Part shown: piece by piece, positions 1 to 9,825 of the stretch
How the letters are laid out: each line of letters opens with the position of its first letter
Numbering within the stretch: the first letter of the stretch is position 1
Source: Alphaproteobacteria bacterium
GTDB lineage: Bacteria; Pseudomonadota; Alphaproteobacteria; Rs-D84
DNA: 64,000 nt
Assembly: GCA_017443235.1 (NCBI GenBank)
Contig: JAFSOV010000018.1
Coordinates: forward strand, 11,180 to 75,179
Reading direction: 5' to 3'
The notes under the pieces: model-generated
What the model saw: only the letters and a program-made list of their open reading frames with translations
The model's database searches: none
Told to the model about the DNA's origin: nothing
Made by a program: the position numbers and the translations under genes

Positions 1-1398
1 ATCTACATAACGCATAGATATCGCGCCACCGTTCGTCGCGGACGTATTCGATGTGAACGTCACATTTTGTATGTCATTCGTTGATACCGAACCCAAGAAC
101 AATGCGCCACCACCATGTGATGCGGTTCCATCAACATGATTCCCGGCAAACGTGGAATTTTTTAATGTTAAATCAGAAAAAGAACCAATCGCACCACCAC
201 CATCAACATCTACACCCGCGGTGGAATTATTGGTAAATGTTGTGCCGTTTATGGATAACTTATGCCCTTTGTTGGCCAAGGTCGCCAAATAAATTGCGCC
301 GCCGCCGTCACTGGACGTATTACCGGTAAAAGAACCACCGGTTATGTCAACCGTGCCGCGCGCAACAATCGCACCACCCCAATCCGCGCTATTGTTATCA
401 AAAGACACATTATTCAATGTTAACTTTGCATTTCCATCATTCTGTGCAATTGCCCCCGAATTGCCCGTTGCGACATTACCAGAAAAAGACGAATTACTTA
501 TTTCCATTTCACCACTGTTATAAATCGCACCACCGTTGCCAGTCACAGAACCTTGGCTAAACGAAGAACCCGATATGGTCATATTACCCAGATTTTCAAT
601 TACACCCTTATTACCCGATGATGTCACATTGACAAGGTTTGCCATATCACCTGCATTAAACACGACCGACGCGCCCGTATCCACAAACAAAGTAGAATCA
701 GCAATATTTATTGTATCTGCATTCAAGTTAGTAATACCCGTTGAATCAATATCGTCTGTTTCCGTAAAGAATCGGTCGGATGTATTCAACAGTGTTGTAT
801 CCTGCTTTACAAAATTCAGTTCAGATCCGTTGGTAATCGATATTGTATTTGCATCAATCGTTGCACCATCAATTGTCGCCTTGGTGTTTTTGAACAACAA
901 AGAACCCGCCGCATGCGCACCCGCGTCCGTACCATCCAAGTGTGCGAACATAGCAATCGTTCCCGCCGTCGGTTGCGGAATACCCGCCGCAACAACATCT
1001 GCTTCGGAAACATTCCATGTAAGGGCTGGATACAAATCTACTAAATTTATGTCTATATCATTAACCTGATAATTAAACGCCAAATTATCTTCATTTGTCA
1101 ATTCACGTAAAGTCAATGTCACCGGTCCAACGTATGTATCGCTGTTGGACATATCGAATGAACGCGCAACCATATTATATTTTGGGAACACATTTTGATA
1201 TTTTCCATCAACCCAATTATTCATACGACGCCCCGCGAATGCGGCTTCACCATTTGCGACATGTTGGTCTGTTAAAACAATGTCACCCAACACAAAGACG
1301 GTATCAGTCGTGTTCGGATCTTCGGCCATCGCCGGCATAATCAACAACGCGGGTAATACGGAAATACCAAACAAAATACTATTGAATTTTTTTTGCAT
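1..1398 (-). CDS. Pmp-like/autotransporter-type beta-helical surface protein, N-terminal part (runs off window start)
   Basis: ATG at 1398 after GAGGAG. Signal peptide MQKKFNSILFGISVLPALLIMPAMA. Repeated FxxN...GGAI motifs (e.g. TFTSNTSATNGGAI at 1-60, same frame). Not in the ORF track because there is no stop inside the window. Confidence 0.75.
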   Translation of the reverse strand, partial: MQKKFNSILFGISVLPALLIMPAMAEDPNTTDTVFVLGDIVLTDQHVANGEAAFAGRRMNNWVDGKYQNVFPKYNMVARSFDMSNSDTYVGPVTLTLRELTNEDNLAFNYQVNDIDINLVDLYPALTWNVSEADVVAAGIPQPTAGTIAMFAHLDGTDAGAHAAGSLLFKNTKATIDGATIDANTISITNGSELNFVKQDTTLLNTSDRFFTETDDIDSTGITNLNADTINIADSTLFVDTGASVVFNAGDMANLVNVTSSGNKGVIENLGNMTISGSSFSQGSVTGNGGAIYNSGEMEISNSSFSGNVATGNSGAIAQNDGNAKLTLNNVSFDNNSADWGGAIVARGTVDITGGSFTGNTSSDGGGAIYLATLANKGHKLSINGTTFTNNSTAGVDVDGGGAIGSFSDLTLKNSTFAGNHVDGTASHGGGALFLGSVSTNDIQNVTFTSNTSATNGGAISMRYVD

Positions 1399-1503
1399 GT
1401 TCATTCTCCTCTCTTTTATGAATTATATAATACACCTTTTTTATTATAAACACAACCCATTACATAATCTAATTTTGCCACGACACCAATGGGAATAAAA
1501 TCT

Positions 1504-2208
1504 TTAATTATTCATATACAATTTCAAATATTCCCGCAGCAATGCATCCTTGGCCCGACGATTTTTTGTCCCGTGCGTAAAGCAAGCATAGAAATCATTA
1601 AACCCGGCCTGCTCCCAATCTATTACGGCGACAATATCGAATGTTTTTGGACTCATAATAAAATTATCCCAAAAATCGTTTTGATTCCAACCGTGCATAA
1701 TTGACGGCCGTTCGGTCTTTTTACTTTTCAAATCACGTATCGCAACCGGATTAGATTTCCCCACAACATACAGAAAATTTGCCAATTGCCGTGCAACTTT
1801 ATCGGCAATTGCGTTCTGGGTTTTCCGATCCAGAGAATGAAATCCAACGCCATTAACACATTCATACCTGCGCACCGCCATACCGTTATAATCCAATATA
1901 TCCATATCTGGAATCTTTATCGGTGAAATCGGGCGCAATGCATCGGTAATTCTTTTTTCACGAATTGCAACTTTTTTACCATCAGTGGCCAGCGGAAACT
2001 TAAACACATATTTATCATCAACATTCACGACAAAATTTATGCACCGATATCCATATGTATATTTTACGCGCGGATGTTTTTGGTTGCTAAAAGACTTTGC
2101 AAAACGCGTCCATTTACGAATCGGATAATTCAAACGCACCCTTAGGGCACCGCGATTATGCCGACCGGGAACAAAGGCACATAAAACATTTATCAAAAAT
2201 TTTCTCAT
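1504..2208 (-). CDS. Phosphotransferase (APH/choline-kinase-like fold), paralog 1
   Basis: YVFKFP motif, QNDFWDNFI catalytic-loop variant, IDWE motif; overlaps the stop of the upstream paralog. Confidence 0.65.
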   Translation of the reverse strand: MRKFLINVLCAFVPGRHNRGALRVRLNYPIRKWTRFAKSFSNQKHPRVKYTYGYRCINFVVNVDDKYVFKFPLATDGKKVAIREKRITDALRPISPIKIPDMDILDYNGMAVRRYECVNGVGFHSLDRKTQNAIADKVARQLANFLYVVGKSNPVAIRDLKSKKTERPSIMHGWNQNDFWDNFIMSPKTFDIVAVIDWEQAGFNDFYACFTHGTKNRRAKDALLREYLKLYMNN

Positions 2209-2951
2209 TTATTTTTCACCCCCGATTGAAAATAAAGTTTTGTATATTCCGCCATAACATCAACAATAATTCCGCGATACCCAAATTTGTCCCAATGATG
2301 CGATGCCGCCCGCAACATTGGTTCAAACGAACCGAAATACGCACATTCCCAATCTATAAAGAAAGTGATATCGAACGTTTTTGGGTTTAATATAAAATTC
2401 TGCCAAATATCGCCGTGATTCCAACCGTACATAAAACCGGGCCGGTCCTTTGCGCGCGGTTTCAAATCGCATATATCGGCCGGGTTTGATTTCCCAATAA
2501 CATATAAAAACTGTGCGATTTGTTTTGCGATGTGATTTCTGTGTTTTTCAATTATCTTTGGTTCAATCTCGGTCAACAACGCCCCACGTGCGAATTCATA
2601 TTTACGCACCACAACATTTTTACATTGCCACAATTCCATTCGTGGAATCTTTATAGGCGATATTTTTCTAATCTGGTCTGTTATGCGTTTTTCGCGTATG
2701 GACACGTCACGCCCATCACCGCGCAGTGGAAATTTGAACACATACCTGTCATCCAAAATCACGATAAAATTCGAACATCCATACCCGACACGGGTCCTGA
2801 CATTGCACTGTTGTTTATTTGGACCAAAAGTGCACGCGAAACGCACATATTCACGCACCCGGCGCGGATACCGTATCATAACCCGAACTTTATCGCGACA
2901 CGCCTTGTTCGGTATAAACGCACAAACAATATTTGATAACAAATGCAACAT
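2205..2951 (-). CDS. Phosphotransferase (APH/choline-kinase-like fold), paralog 2
   Basis: YVFKFP, HGDIWQNFIL and IDWECAYFG motifs. Start moved to ATG 2951 (MLHLLSN), which aligns with the paralog 1 N-terminus. Confidence 0.7.
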   Translation of the reverse strand: MLHLLSNIVCAFIPNKACRDKVRVMIRYPRRVREYVRFACTFGPNKQQCNVRTRVGYGCSNFIVILDDRYVFKFPLRGDGRDVSIREKRITDQIRKISPIKIPRMELWQCKNVVVRKYEFARGALLTEIEPKIIEKHRNHIAKQIAQFLYVIGKSNPADICDLKPRAKDRPGFMYGWNHGDIWQNFILNPKTFDITFFIDWECAYFGSFEPMLRAASHHWDKFGYRGIIVDVMAEYTKLYFQSGVKNK

Positions 2952-3084
2952 ATATGTACCCCCAAAACATTCTCTCTGGAATATAATCCTAGGATATATT
3001 TCAAAATTATGCAAAAAAATATTTTCATTGTTTTGAATTTACAAACAGGTTATTCTTATAAACGTACAGTTCAAAGGATACGCC

Positions 3085-3345
3085 ATGAAATATGTCAAAC
3101 CGGGGCCTTTTACGACCAAACAATTCAGTATCGAAGAAACCATCACCGAAACCGAAGATGTTATCGGTATTGCCAAAGATGTGATTAAAAAAATTCCAAA
3201 TATTCCCGATAATATAAAGAAAGAGTTAAAGTTGGCATTAACCAATCTGGATAACGCAGAAGAATATTTGCGCTATATCAGGAAAAAGACAGACATCGCG
3301 TTGCAATTTGTCCCAGAAAAAATACAGGAACAAGAATATTTATAA
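3085..3345 (+). CDS. Hypothetical protein (86 aa)
   Basis: AAGGA RBS before ATG; helical composition. Confidence 0.55.
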   Translation: MKYVKPGPFTTKQFSIEETITETEDVIGIAKDVIKKIPNIPDNIKKELKLALTNLDNAEEYLRYIRKKTDIALQFVPEKIQEQEYL

Positions 3346-3508
3346 GGTTCGTATTTTGGGCGTCTGGGTGCAATTCGCGAACCGACACAATCAAGATTGG
3401 GCAAGAGATTGGTGAAGTGAAAGATAAATTGAACCTGCCTAATTTAAATAAAAAAGTTGTTATTTAAGGTATCTATATGATACAATTTCTTCCTAAGGAG
3501 AAAAAATT

Positions 3509-4651
3509 ATGTCGTACAAAAAATATATAATTTTTGGTCTGTTTTTAGTGTGCGCCGGCATAGTTTATGTTAAATTTGCCGCAAGCAAAAAAACCGGTGA
3601 AATACAGGGCTTATTGGCGGAACCAATTGCTGTAGAAACCAATGCTATGAATTTATCCGTATCAATCATAGCAGAAACAGATAATGACATAATTGTTAAA
3701 GCCTGTGATACCCCATCTGATTGTACAACCAACAAATTATCTAAAATAAGCGAACACAACGGTATAAAAGTATACAGAAGAGGAACCCACGATGTCGCTT
3801 TTGTAAAAGATAACGGCAAATGGAAAACCTTTGGAAATGTTTTTCTTCTGAGTGTAATGGAAAAGATAGAAAAACAACCAAAAGCCATTTTTGCACGTGG
3901 ATGTGGTGATTGGAAAATAGCAGTTATGGAAGAAACAGAAAAAGACATAAAAGTTGAAGATTGTGCCTGGGGAATGGGATGGAGTTGCAGCACCTATAAA
4001 ATACCAAAAGTAAGCGACCAAGACGGCGTTAAAATCTATAAAGAAGACGAAGTCGTGTTCACAAACAACAATGGCAAATGGGGATTAACCGGACACATGT
4101 GCGCAGATAGAAAAATAGAAAGAAAGACAGGCCATATATTTCAAGCCAATTGTATGGACTTTGAAATGTTGATTACTGCAGAAACAGATAACGAAATAAC
4201 GGTTAAACGGGATTTCCGCACAATATACAACATACCGAAAGTAGCAGAGCAAGATGGGGTAAAAGTATACAGTGATGGAAAATTATTATATCACAAAGAC
4301 AGAGAGGCTTTTATAAACAATAATGGTGAATGGGTATTACTTGGACATTTGTGTTCCAAAGTTAGTTCCACCGAAGTTTTAACCCACAAATGTCCAAAAT
4401 ACGGACGCACAATAAAAGTGAACAGTTATGACGCTTATGGATTAATAGTTGTAGAAATACAAGCCCCCCATATTTCATGTGAATCCAAAGACGATGCAAT
4501 ATTTATGTTAAAAGACACATCTATCACAGACAAAGATATCTTTATAAATGGTGATTTTCGTATAGAACACACAAAAAACGATTGGATTATTGATGAAAAA
4601 CTATGCGATATTATCAAGGATTGTTCCACAAATAATTGGCCAGAAATTTAA
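3509..4651 (+). CDS. Exported or membrane-anchored protein with three internal repeats, AT-rich
   Basis: AAGGAG RBS; N-terminal hydrophobic helix; repeats of AET(D/E)xxIxV...K(I/V)xxxxG(I/V)K(I/V)Y...FxxxNGxW. Confidence 0.75.
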   Translation: MSYKKYIIFGLFLVCAGIVYVKFAASKKTGEIQGLLAEPIAVETNAMNLSVSIIAETDNDIIVKACDTPSDCTTNKLSKISEHNGIKVYRRGTHDVAFVKDNGKWKTFGNVFLLSVMEKIEKQPKAIFARGCGDWKIAVMEETEKDIKVEDCAWGMGWSCSTYKIPKVSDQDGVKIYKEDEVVFTNNNGKWGLTGHMCADRKIERKTGHIFQANCMDFEMLITAETDNEITVKRDFRTIYNIPKVAEQDGVKVYSDGKLLYHKDREAFINNNGEWVLLGHLCSKVSSTEVLTHKCPKYGRTIKVNSYDAYGLIVVEIQAPHISCESKDDAIFMLKDTSITDKDIFINGDFRIEHTKNDWIIDEKLCDIIKDCSTNNWPEI

Positions 4652-4950
4652 AAAAAGTTCGAAAATAACAATTTTTTGATGTTTTTTGTTGGGGCAGCGG
4701 GGTACCTCGATATACAATAAATAAAATCAAAAAAATCTCCGTTGGACGATTTTTTAAGATTTTCTTAATTGTCTATTCTCGTATTCGCTCGCACGGCACA
4801 ATGTGCCGGCTACGCGCAACCCGTGACGATTTGCGTGCGCGGTGCTTCGCAAATCTACTTGGTTTCGAACCTTTTGCAACGTTTGTTGCAAATGATTCAA
4901 CCATCGCACTCAACCAAAAATTAAAACACCCAAACGGGTGTTTGAATTTT

Positions 4951-5024
4951 TGGTTGGGGCAGCTGGATTCGAACCAACACTAACGGAGTCAGAGTCCGGT
5001 GTTCTACCATTAAACTATGCCCCA
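4951..5024 (-). tRNA. tRNA-Gln(CTG)
   Basis: Reverse complement TGGGGCATAGTTTAATGGTAGAAC...CTCTGAC...GGTTCGAATCC...TGCCCCAACCA; paired acceptor stem and encoded CCA. Confidence 0.95.
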
Positions 5025-5164
5025 AGGCGCGGTGTATTATATATCGCCCTGCACCGTTTTGCAAATAAAAAATACTGCGCGCGGCGCAACCGCATTCGTT
5101 CCTATGGTTTTACGCGCCGTCAAAAAACATAATTATGGCAAAGCGAAACCAAAAGGAACCCTAT

Positions 5165-6247
5165 ATGAAAAATTATGTACCCGTCATCGCAATCGCCACC
5201 ATTATATCCACGTACGGCGCCGCGAACGCATGCACCGGAATAACACTGACCGCGGATGATAATTCTGTTATTGCCGCGCGCACCGTTGATTGGTCGGGTT
5301 CGAAAATGGACAACATATACGTCATTTCCCCGCGGGGACATACCGAACAATCATTGTTGCCGGATGGCACCCAAGACGGCATGGCGTTCACCGCGAAATA
5401 CGGCTTTGTGGGCCTGGGGATGCAACGGCCCGAATTCGTTGTTGACGGCACGAATGAGGCCGGATTAAATGTCGGCCTGTTCTATTTCCCGGACTTTGGT
5501 AAATACCAACCATACGACGCCACGTACCGCAATAAAACACTGGCCGATTTCCAAGTGGTGTCTTGGATACTGTCGCAATTTTCCACCATAGACGAAGTTA
5601 AAAACGCAATCGACAATGTTCGCATCGTGAACATAGACCCAACCGCATCAACTGTTCATTGGCGCATTACCGAACCGTCGGGGCGCGTGGTTGTAATGGA
5701 AATCATAGATGGTATTCCAACATTCTATGAAAACCCCATCGGCGTCATTGCGAATTCGCCGAACTTTGATTGGCATATGACGAACCTTGATAATTATGTC
5801 AACCTTTATCCGGGGCGTGCGGGTCCAACCCAATTTGGCCCGATTAAATTGCGTTCGCTCAGTAATGGCACAGGGCTGCGCGGATTGCCGGGTGATTTTT
5901 CATCGCCATCGCGTTTCGTGCGCGCATCGTTTTTGAAAACCTATGCGATTCCGCAAAAGACGGGCCGCGATACAGTTATGCAATCTTTCCACATTTTGAA
6001 TAACTTTGACGTCCCGTTTGGCACATCCTACAACATCGGCAAGGCAACATTTGATATGCCGTCTGCAACCCAATGGACAATTTCAACAGACACGGCAAAT
6101 CACATAGTTTATTATCATACGATGTACAACCGCACATTGCGCAAAATCGATATGAACCGCATAGACTTTGACACTGTAAAATTCCAATCGCACCCATTGG
6201 ACACGACCGAAAGCGAAACCATAATCGACGCGCCGGTGAATTGGTAA
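5165..6247 (+). CDS. Choloylglycine hydrolase / penicillin V acylase family (Ntn hydrolase) with signal peptide
   Basis: Signal peptide ending ANA followed by catalytic CTG; ARTVDW, GTNEAGL, ANSP and SRFVRA motifs. Confidence 0.9.
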   Translation: MKNYVPVIAIATIISTYGAANACTGITLTADDNSVIAARTVDWSGSKMDNIYVISPRGHTEQSLLPDGTQDGMAFTAKYGFVGLGMQRPEFVVDGTNEAGLNVGLFYFPDFGKYQPYDATYRNKTLADFQVVSWILSQFSTIDEVKNAIDNVRIVNIDPTASTVHWRITEPSGRVVVMEIIDGIPTFYENPIGVIANSPNFDWHMTNLDNYVNLYPGRAGPTQFGPIKLRSLSNGTGLRGLPGDFSSPSRFVRASFLKTYAIPQKTGRDTVMQSFHILNNFDVPFGTSYNIGKATFDMPSATQWTISTDTANHIVYYHTMYNRTLRKIDMNRIDFDTVKFQSHPLDTTESETIIDAPVNW

Positions 6248-6349
6248 AAATATTTTTGTTTACCATTACCACCACTAACACTAACCACTAATCTATTGCC
6301 TTTTGAAAATTTGGGGCTATAATCGACACGGTTTAACAAAGGAGATATT

Positions 6350-7588
6350 ATGAAAATAAAACCTTTCCGTGGCGTTCGCCCACCCAAAGAATTGGCGGCC
6401 GAGGTTGCATCGCGTCCATACGATGTCCTAAATTCAGTCGAAGCCAAGGCCGAGGCCGGCGAAAAATCATTACTGCATATCATCAAACCGGAAATTGATT
6501 TTGACCCGATTGCCGATGAACACAGCCAGGCGGTTTATGACAAAGCCGTTGAAAATTTCAAACTGTGGCAAGACCGCGGTTGGCTGCGCACGGACGACAA
6601 AGAAATGTATTATATCTATGCCCAAACAATGGACGGCCGGACACAATATGGCCTTGTGGCGGCGGCAAATGTTGATGACTATATGACCGGTAAAATTAAA
6701 AAGCACGAATTGACCCGCAAAGACAAAGAAGACGACCGTATGATTCACGTTCGCAATCAAAACGCAAACATTGAACCGGTGTTCTTTGCGTACCCCGATG
6801 TTGATGAAATGAATAAAATCGTTGCGGACTTCGTCGCGAACAACGCACCGGAATATGATTTTACCGCGGCCGATGGCTTTGGTCATAAATTCTGGGTTAT
6901 TCGTGACGATAAAATCAATGCACGTATAACCGAAATCTTCCGTGATATTCCGGCAATGTATGTCGCGGACGGTCACCATCGCACGGCGGCGGCGGCACGT
7001 GTCGGCGCAGAAAAACGCGCACAAAACCCAAACCACACCGGAACGGAAGAATACAATTATTTCTTGGCGGTAATTTTCCCAGAATCCCAATTAAAGGTTA
7101 TCGACTATAACCGCGTTGTCAAAGATTTGAACGGACTGAGCCCGGAACAATTCTTGGCGGAATTAGAAAAATCTTTTGAAGTAAAAGAAATGGGCACGGA
7201 AATTTACAAACCGACAAAATTGCATAACTTTGGTATGTATTTGAACGGAAAATGGTATTCATTGACGGCGCGGCCGGGTACATATAACGACAACGACCCA
7301 ATCGGTGTTTTGGACGTGACGGTGTTGTCGAATTTGGTGTTCGATAAAATCTTGAACCTGGGCGATTTGCGGACCAGTAAACGTATCGACTTTGTCGGCG
7401 GTATTCGCGGATTGGCGGAATTACAGAAACGCGTGGATAGTGGTGAAATGGTTGCGGCGTTTGCGCTGTACCCCGTGACGATGCGTCAAATTATTGACAT
7501 TGCGGACACCGGCAACATTATGCCACCGAAAACGACATGGTTTGAACCAAAACTGCGCAGTGGTTTGGTCATTCACAAATTGTCATAA
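6350..7588 (+). CDS. DUF1015 family protein
   Basis: KPFRGVRP, PYDV, KHELTR, YVADGHHR and MPPKTTWFEPKLRSGL motifs. Confidence 0.9.
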   Translation: MKIKPFRGVRPPKELAAEVASRPYDVLNSVEAKAEAGEKSLLHIIKPEIDFDPIADEHSQAVYDKAVENFKLWQDRGWLRTDDKEMYYIYAQTMDGRTQYGLVAAANVDDYMTGKIKKHELTRKDKEDDRMIHVRNQNANIEPVFFAYPDVDEMNKIVADFVANNAPEYDFTAADGFGHKFWVIRDDKINARITEIFRDIPAMYVADGHHRTAAAARVGAEKRAQNPNHTGTEEYNYFLAVIFPESQLKVIDYNRVVKDLNGLSPEQFLAELEKSFEVKEMGTEIYKPTKLHNFGMYLNGKWYSLTARPGTYNDNDPIGVLDVTVLSNLVFDKILNLGDLRTSKRIDFVGGIRGLAELQKRVDSGEMVAAFALYPVTMRQIIDIADTGNIMPPKTTWFEPKLRSGLVIHKLS

Positions 7589-7605
7589 TGTTACGGGTAT
7601 ATAAT

Positions 7606-7632
7606 AACGGCCGGATAAACCGGCCGTTTTTT
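7606..7632. terminator. Intrinsic terminator between convergent genes
   Basis: AACGGCCGG-ATAAA-CCGGCCGTT hairpin followed by a T tract. Confidence 0.75.
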
Positions 7633-7638
7633 ATAACT

Positions 7639-8757
7639 TTAATTTACAACATCCAAGTCACCCGCATGATACAAATTATTTCCCCATTTAAGGTTAAAGT
7701 CCCCGGCACCACTTTCCAACGGAACATAGCATTTTGTATCATCGACTTGGAACACCATAGATGGCACGGTCACCTGTTCAGACAACAATGGGTGCGATAC
7801 CCCGGTTTCAGTTTTCAAATTTGTTGCGAAACTGCAATCGGTCACACATTCATTATTATAATAATGCTCGTTGGATTTAGGACCATCTTCACATACGGCG
7901 CGTCCATCAACACTGGATATGCCCCATGCCGTTGTCGCATCATGCGCCCCACACGGACACGTCGTGTCCATTGATGTATCATTAAAAGTCGAATAGAAAG
8001 TATCCGCCCCGCCACCGGTAACACCACTAAACATACTTGCCGGAACAAAGCCATTCAAATTCACACACCCATCAAATGTTGCGGTAAATCGCGGGTGTTT
8101 TATGCCCGATATGGTGGGATATATTGCCCCCAACGATCCAGATATTTTCGACACAAATAATGGCGTACCGGCGTGGGTGGTTATGCCCGAATCTTGCACT
8201 GCGCGGTTACCAAAACTGATTACCCCGGGCACATCATCCCCGGTCGCAAGGTTATAATCTGTTGCCAAACCATCAAATCGTATCGTATGAACGCCGGCCG
8301 TTTCATATGTATGCGTAATGACATCCTTGTAATTTATCGTTTGCAATGTGCCGTCACCCCAATCAACATAGAACAAACCATCGGCACCCTGCCAATACTT
8401 GAATATATCGCCGGCGGACATATTTGTTGTGGTCACCGTAAATTTTGGGATAAATTGCACCCACTGCGCCGTCAATGTTTTATCTGCGGTATATTCCCAT
8501 GTAAATGTACCGGTTTGAATATCGCCGGTACCACTAACCAACCAACCCGACAGAATATATCCGCTGCGTGCGCATGAATCTTTTAATATCATAACGGGGG
8601 TAAAACTTTCGCCGTCCGCCACAGTCGCACTGGCCGGCGGCGTGCCGGTTCCATCGCCACAATCATACGTCACCGTATATGCAAACGCCGCAAACGGCAC
8701 AAACACCGCAACCAATGCGGCGTGCAAAACCACGCGTAATTTATTAGAATCGAACAT
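7639..8757 (-). CDS. Exported protein with InlB-B-repeat-like and PKD-like (VDWGDG) segments
   Basis: Signal peptide ending AFA; YTVTY...RSGYILSGW...LTAQW pattern; VDWGDG...HTYETAG; Cys-containing C-terminus. Confidence 0.7.
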   Translation of the reverse strand: MFDSNKLRVVLHAALVAVFVPFAAFAYTVTYDCGDGTGTPPASATVADGESFTPVMILKDSCARSGYILSGWLVSGTGDIQTGTFTWEYTADKTLTAQWVQFIPKFTVTTTNMSAGDIFKYWQGADGLFYVDWGDGTLQTINYKDVITHTYETAGVHTIRFDGLATDYNLATGDDVPGVISFGNRAVQDSGITTHAGTPLFVSKISGSLGAIYPTISGIKHPRFTATFDGCVNLNGFVPASMFSGVTGGGADTFYSTFNDTSMDTTCPCGAHDATTAWGISSVDGRAVCEDGPKSNEHYYNNECVTDCSFATNLKTETGVSHPLLSEQVTVPSMVFQVDDTKCYVPLESGAGDFNLKWGNNLYHAGDLDVVN

Positions 8758-8873
8758 TGCTTATATTCTCCCTCAAACTTATCAGTAGGCATTATATCAT
8801 ACTTTTGACCAATAAACAAATTTTAATCGGGCAAACGCCCGATTAAGTACAGAACACAAAAACAATGAAAATT

Positions 8874-9284
8874 TTATCGTTGTTGGTATTTTAATTTTTC
8901 AAATGCCCTTAATAAATTTTCTGATGGATTTTCTATGCCACGTTCTTGTAACACTTTGTGAAAATTTTCACTGTCACTGGTCACGCGCATCACGTCATGC
9001 ATAAATCTTTGGCCGCGATTTGGCACACGAAACACAATCGAATGATAATTATGACTTCTATGCGGGCGCAAAATCACACCATTTGCACGAAAAACAGGCA
9101 ACATAGAATACACAGAACGAATATCATACGCATTTGGCCGAACATAGTAATAATGATTCCGGCGTGGGGTCACAATATGTTTAACATCACGCACACACGA
9201 TGCCGCGTACAGAACATCTTCAACCTTGGGTTCCCATTTTGGAAACAAACCCGTTTGACCCAAAAGATATTTCATATAAACCAT
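8874..9284 (-). CDS. Hypothetical protein, tandem paralog A
   Basis: Shares MVYMKYLLG.TGLFPK, VFRANGV and FRVPNRGQRFM with its neighbour. Confidence 0.75.
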   Translation of the reverse strand: MVYMKYLLGQTGLFPKWEPKVEDVLYAASCVRDVKHIVTPRRNHYYYVRPNAYDIRSVYSMLPVFRANGVILRPHRSHNYHSIVFRVPNRGQRFMHDVMRVTSDSENFHKVLQERGIENPSENLLRAFEKLKYQQR

Positions 9285-9350
9285 AATAAAATCCTCACAT
9301 TTTATTCGTAATAAATATAGACCAAATTATAAATATGTCAAGTATTTATA

Positions 9351-9764
9351 TCATTTTCCGTTTTCAAATTTTCCAAACATTTTCTGCAAAACCGTTGTTT
9401 CGGCCGCACGGGCATTATATTCCGCCAAAACACTTTGAAAATTGCCCGCGTTTTCATTTACACGCATTACATCACGCATAAATCTTTGGCCGCGATTTGG
9501 CACACGGAACATAATTGAACCGCCGTTTTCATTGTCCCTGCACGGGCGCAGAAACACGCCATTCGCACGAAACACACGAACCATATCATACATATGCCTT
9601 ATATTATAATTCATTGGTGTCACATAGTAAAACCGGCGTCCATGGGAATTGACCACATCTTTGACATCACATGCCCGAAATGCCGCCGACAACACGTCAC
9701 AGGCCTGAGGCTTGTATTTTGGAAACAACCCCGTTTTGCCCAATAAATATTTCATATAAACCAT
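9351..9764 (-). CDS. Hypothetical protein, tandem paralog B
   Basis: Start moved to MVYMKY at 9764 after AGGGG; paralog of 8874-9284. Confidence 0.75.
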   Translation of the reverse strand: MVYMKYLLGKTGLFPKYKPQACDVLSAAFRACDVKDVVNSHGRRFYYVTPMNYNIRHMYDMVRVFRANGVFLRPCRDNENGGSIMFRVPNRGQRFMRDVMRVNENAGNFQSVLAEYNARAAETTVLQKMFGKFENGK

Positions 9765-9825
9765 ATCTGACCCCCTTTGTGCACCGGGGACAAATGATAT
9801 TCCAAACAAAATATAAGTCAAGTCC

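Noticed and set aside
1504-2951. Aminoglycoside resistance genes
   Set aside because: Only fold-level motifs are visible; nothing supports a specific antibiotic substrate.
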